DNA of 64,000 nucleotides from Alphaproteobacteria bacterium (GTDB taxonomy: Bacteria; Pseudomonadota; Alphaproteobacteria; UBA828): positions 256,001-320,000 of the forward strand of contig CAXXVO010000007.1 in assembly GCA_963422645.2 (NCBI GenBank), given 5' to 3'. The notes beneath the pieces are model-generated. The model was not told the DNA's origin, ran no database searches, and worked only from the letters and a program-made list of their open reading frames with translations. The first letter of the stretch is position 1, and the number at the start of each line of letters is the position of its first letter. Made by a program: the position numbers and the translations under genes. Of the stretch, positions 62,336-64,000 are shown in pieces.

Positions 62336-63386
62336 ACCGCTTATGCACATGGCTCCGGTTCGATCAACATGCTGTAGGTAAGGGGTTTTGCATTGGTGGC
62401 GATGCGGAAGAGCGAGCGGAAAGCAGCGTGGCGGGTTTTGCGGCGGTTGAAGCGAAAGGCGAACTCATCGAGATAGGCCTGCAGATGCTTGCGGCGCAGC
62501 CCGTGGTAGACGCCTCGCGCCCATCCTTTGAGGTTGGAGAAGACTTGGTGGATCCACGGCAGGACGAGGTGAGCGGCGGTCTTCCCGACGACATGGACAT
62601 TGTGGCGATCGGCGGGGACCGCAGCGTAGCCGGACCAGCCGTCGGTTTTCGCGATGGCGTCGGGATCGGCGGCGGTTTCGACGAAGTGTCCGAGGTCGGC
62701 GGCGCCGTAGGAGGAGATTTCGGCCAGCCGCAGGCGGCCCGGGATGGTTCCATCCCCCAGTTCGATGGCGCCGACGATGAGCATCTTGCCGTCGTGGCTG
62801 CGTCCTTGCCCTCCGGTGGGAGGATCGTCTTTGGTCCGGAATGGAAGGCTGGCCTCGTCGATTTCCACCAGGCCCGACAACGGGTTGCGCTCGGGGTCGA
62901 CCATGCTGGCGCGCAGCTTGTGGGCGAGCAGCCAAGCGCTGCGGTAAGAGCCGATACCGAGCTGTTTCTGGAGCTGCAGGGCAGAGATGCCGTTGGAGTG
63001 GGTCGCCATCAGGTAGGCGGCCCAGAACCAGACGGTGAGCGGCAGCTTGCTGGCGTGCAGGATCGTCCCGGCCGTCACCGAGGTCTGCCGGCGGCAGCCG
63101 GCGCACTCGAAGGTGTGTGCTTTTCTGCGCAGCGCCCATCCCTTTTCATGGCCGCACGCGGGACAGACGAAGCCGTCCGGCCAGCGCATTTCGATCAGCC
63201 AGGCGGCGCAGGCGTCATCGTCCGGGAACATGTGCTGGAAGGCGAGGAGGCTGTCGGCGACCTGTTTCATGTGGTGGCTCCGTCGGCAGGAACGTATAGG
63301 CAACATTCTACCCGTTCTCCCGCCCTAACCTCAACCTCAACATCTGGTGGCAAACTCTCGCGACCGGAGCCATGTGCATAAGCGGT
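62336..63386 (-). mobile_element. IS1595-family element, complete
   Basis: Perfect 24-bp IR ACCGCTTATGCACATGGCTCCGGT; 8-bp target duplication TAATTTGA at 62328-62335 and 63387-63394. Confidence 0.95.
62341..63270 (-). CDS. IS1595 (ISXO2-like DDE) transposase
   Basis: Zn ribbon RWPDGFVCPACG..ECAGC, AGTILH, VEIDE, TDGW, HLQAYLDEFAFRFNRR; stop codon lies inside the IR. Confidence 0.94.
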   Translation of the reverse strand: MKQVADSLLAFQHMFPDDDACAAWLIEMRWPDGFVCPACGHEKGWALRRKAHTFECAGCRRQTSVTAGTILHASKLPLTVWFWAAYLMATHSNGISALQLQKQLGIGSYRSAWLLAHKLRASMVDPERNPLSGLVEIDEASLPFRTKDDPPTGGQGRSHDGKMLIVGAIELGDGTIPGRLRLAEISSYGAADLGHFVETAADPDAIAKTDGWSGYAAVPADRHNVHVVGKTAAHLVLPWIHQVFSNLKGWARGVYHGLRRKHLQAYLDEFAFRFNRRKTRHAAFRSLFRIATNAKPLTYSMLIEPEPCA

Positions 63387-63416
63387 TAATTTGATACCAA
63401 TTGCACGGTCTCAACC

Positions 63417-64000
63417 ATGCCCAGTACCCTCCCAATGTGCCCTCCAGAGGCGGTCTCGATCGGCAACAGCTGCTTCGCCGTCCTGATCTCGGACGACACC
63501 TTCACCTACTTTTCCAACCTCATTCCCTTTGACAGCCACGCCGCCGATGACCGCACGGCCATGCTCTTGCGGATCGGCCGCCTCGCGGCGATCAGCGCGG
63601 TCTCGCCGCAGGAACTGGCTGACGCTTTCGCTGTCTCGCGCGCGACGGTGCAGCGCGCACGACGGCGCTACCTGGCCGAGGGCGAAGCGGGGTTCATGAA
63701 GCCCCGGCGCGGTCGCGGGCCGTCGGTGTTCACTCCGGAGTTGGCGGAGAAGGCGACGGCGTTGCTGGCATCGGGCCTGAGCGGCTCTGCGGCGGCCCGG
63801 GTTCTCGGCGTGTCAGCGCCATCGGTCAACAAGTGGCGCCGTCAGGGACTGATCGGCAACACGGAGGCGGATGGGGAGCCCGGACGCTCAGCGCTGGCTG
63901 CGCCGCCTGACGCGGGTGCGGCTCCTGAAGGCCGTGTCGATGAAGAGAGTACCGGTGCCCCGGGGCCGGAGACGGCGCCGGGGCTGGAAGCGCAGCCGCA
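63417..64000 (+). CDS. HTH-containing putative transposase N-terminus (runs off window)
   Basis: Not in ORF track; MPSTLP...TYFSNLIPFDSH..DD...ELADAFAVSRATVQRARRRYLAEGEAGF...AARVLGVS, two HTH motifs; no stop seen before the edge. Confidence 0.6.
   Translation, partial: MPSTLPMCPPEAVSIGNSCFAVLISDDTFTYFSNLIPFDSHAADDRTAMLLRIGRLAAISAVSPQELADAFAVSRATVQRARRRYLAEGEAGFMKPRRGRGPSVFTPELAEKATALLASGLSGSAAARVLGVSAPSVNKWRRQGLIGNTEADGEPGRSALAAPPDAGAAPEGRVDEESTGAPGPETAPGLEAQP

Overview
GC-rich alphaproteobacterial window (inferred from rarA-crcB-rluA-ATP12 and rpoZ-spoT synteny) with an intact core block at about 25.6-41.3 kb and decayed mobile DNA at both ends. Left end: an IS21 element interrupts a lambda-like phage tail-tip module, which ends at 7158 in a transposon-type terminus (tandem 21-bp repeats, ...CTACA). 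A near-identical terminus at 55999 closes a second, different phage tail remnant and interrupts a subtilase gene, so these look like two related transposable prophage right ends. Each carries a different stand-alone modification-type enzyme after the tail fibre (2OG-Fe(II) oxygenase; QueC-like PP-loop protein). Two metabolic islands stand out. (i) 11.1-25.6 kb: an N-methylglutamate-type methylamine operon divergently linked through a GntR/FadR regulator to a Pot-type ABC importer and a two-subunit N,N-dimethylformamidase-like enzyme. (ii) 41.5-49.4 kb: an iodate-reductase-like idrP-idrP-idrB-idrA operon with an FNR-like promoter and a HEAT-repeat gene. Also present: three copies of a palindromic ~150-bp MITE/REP-like repeat, IS66 (ISBst12-type) and IS1595 insertions with 8-bp target duplications, a Liv-type ABC system and a truncated fic. 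No rRNA, tRNA or CRISPR array was seen. All calls come from motif recognition by eye; no database searches were run.
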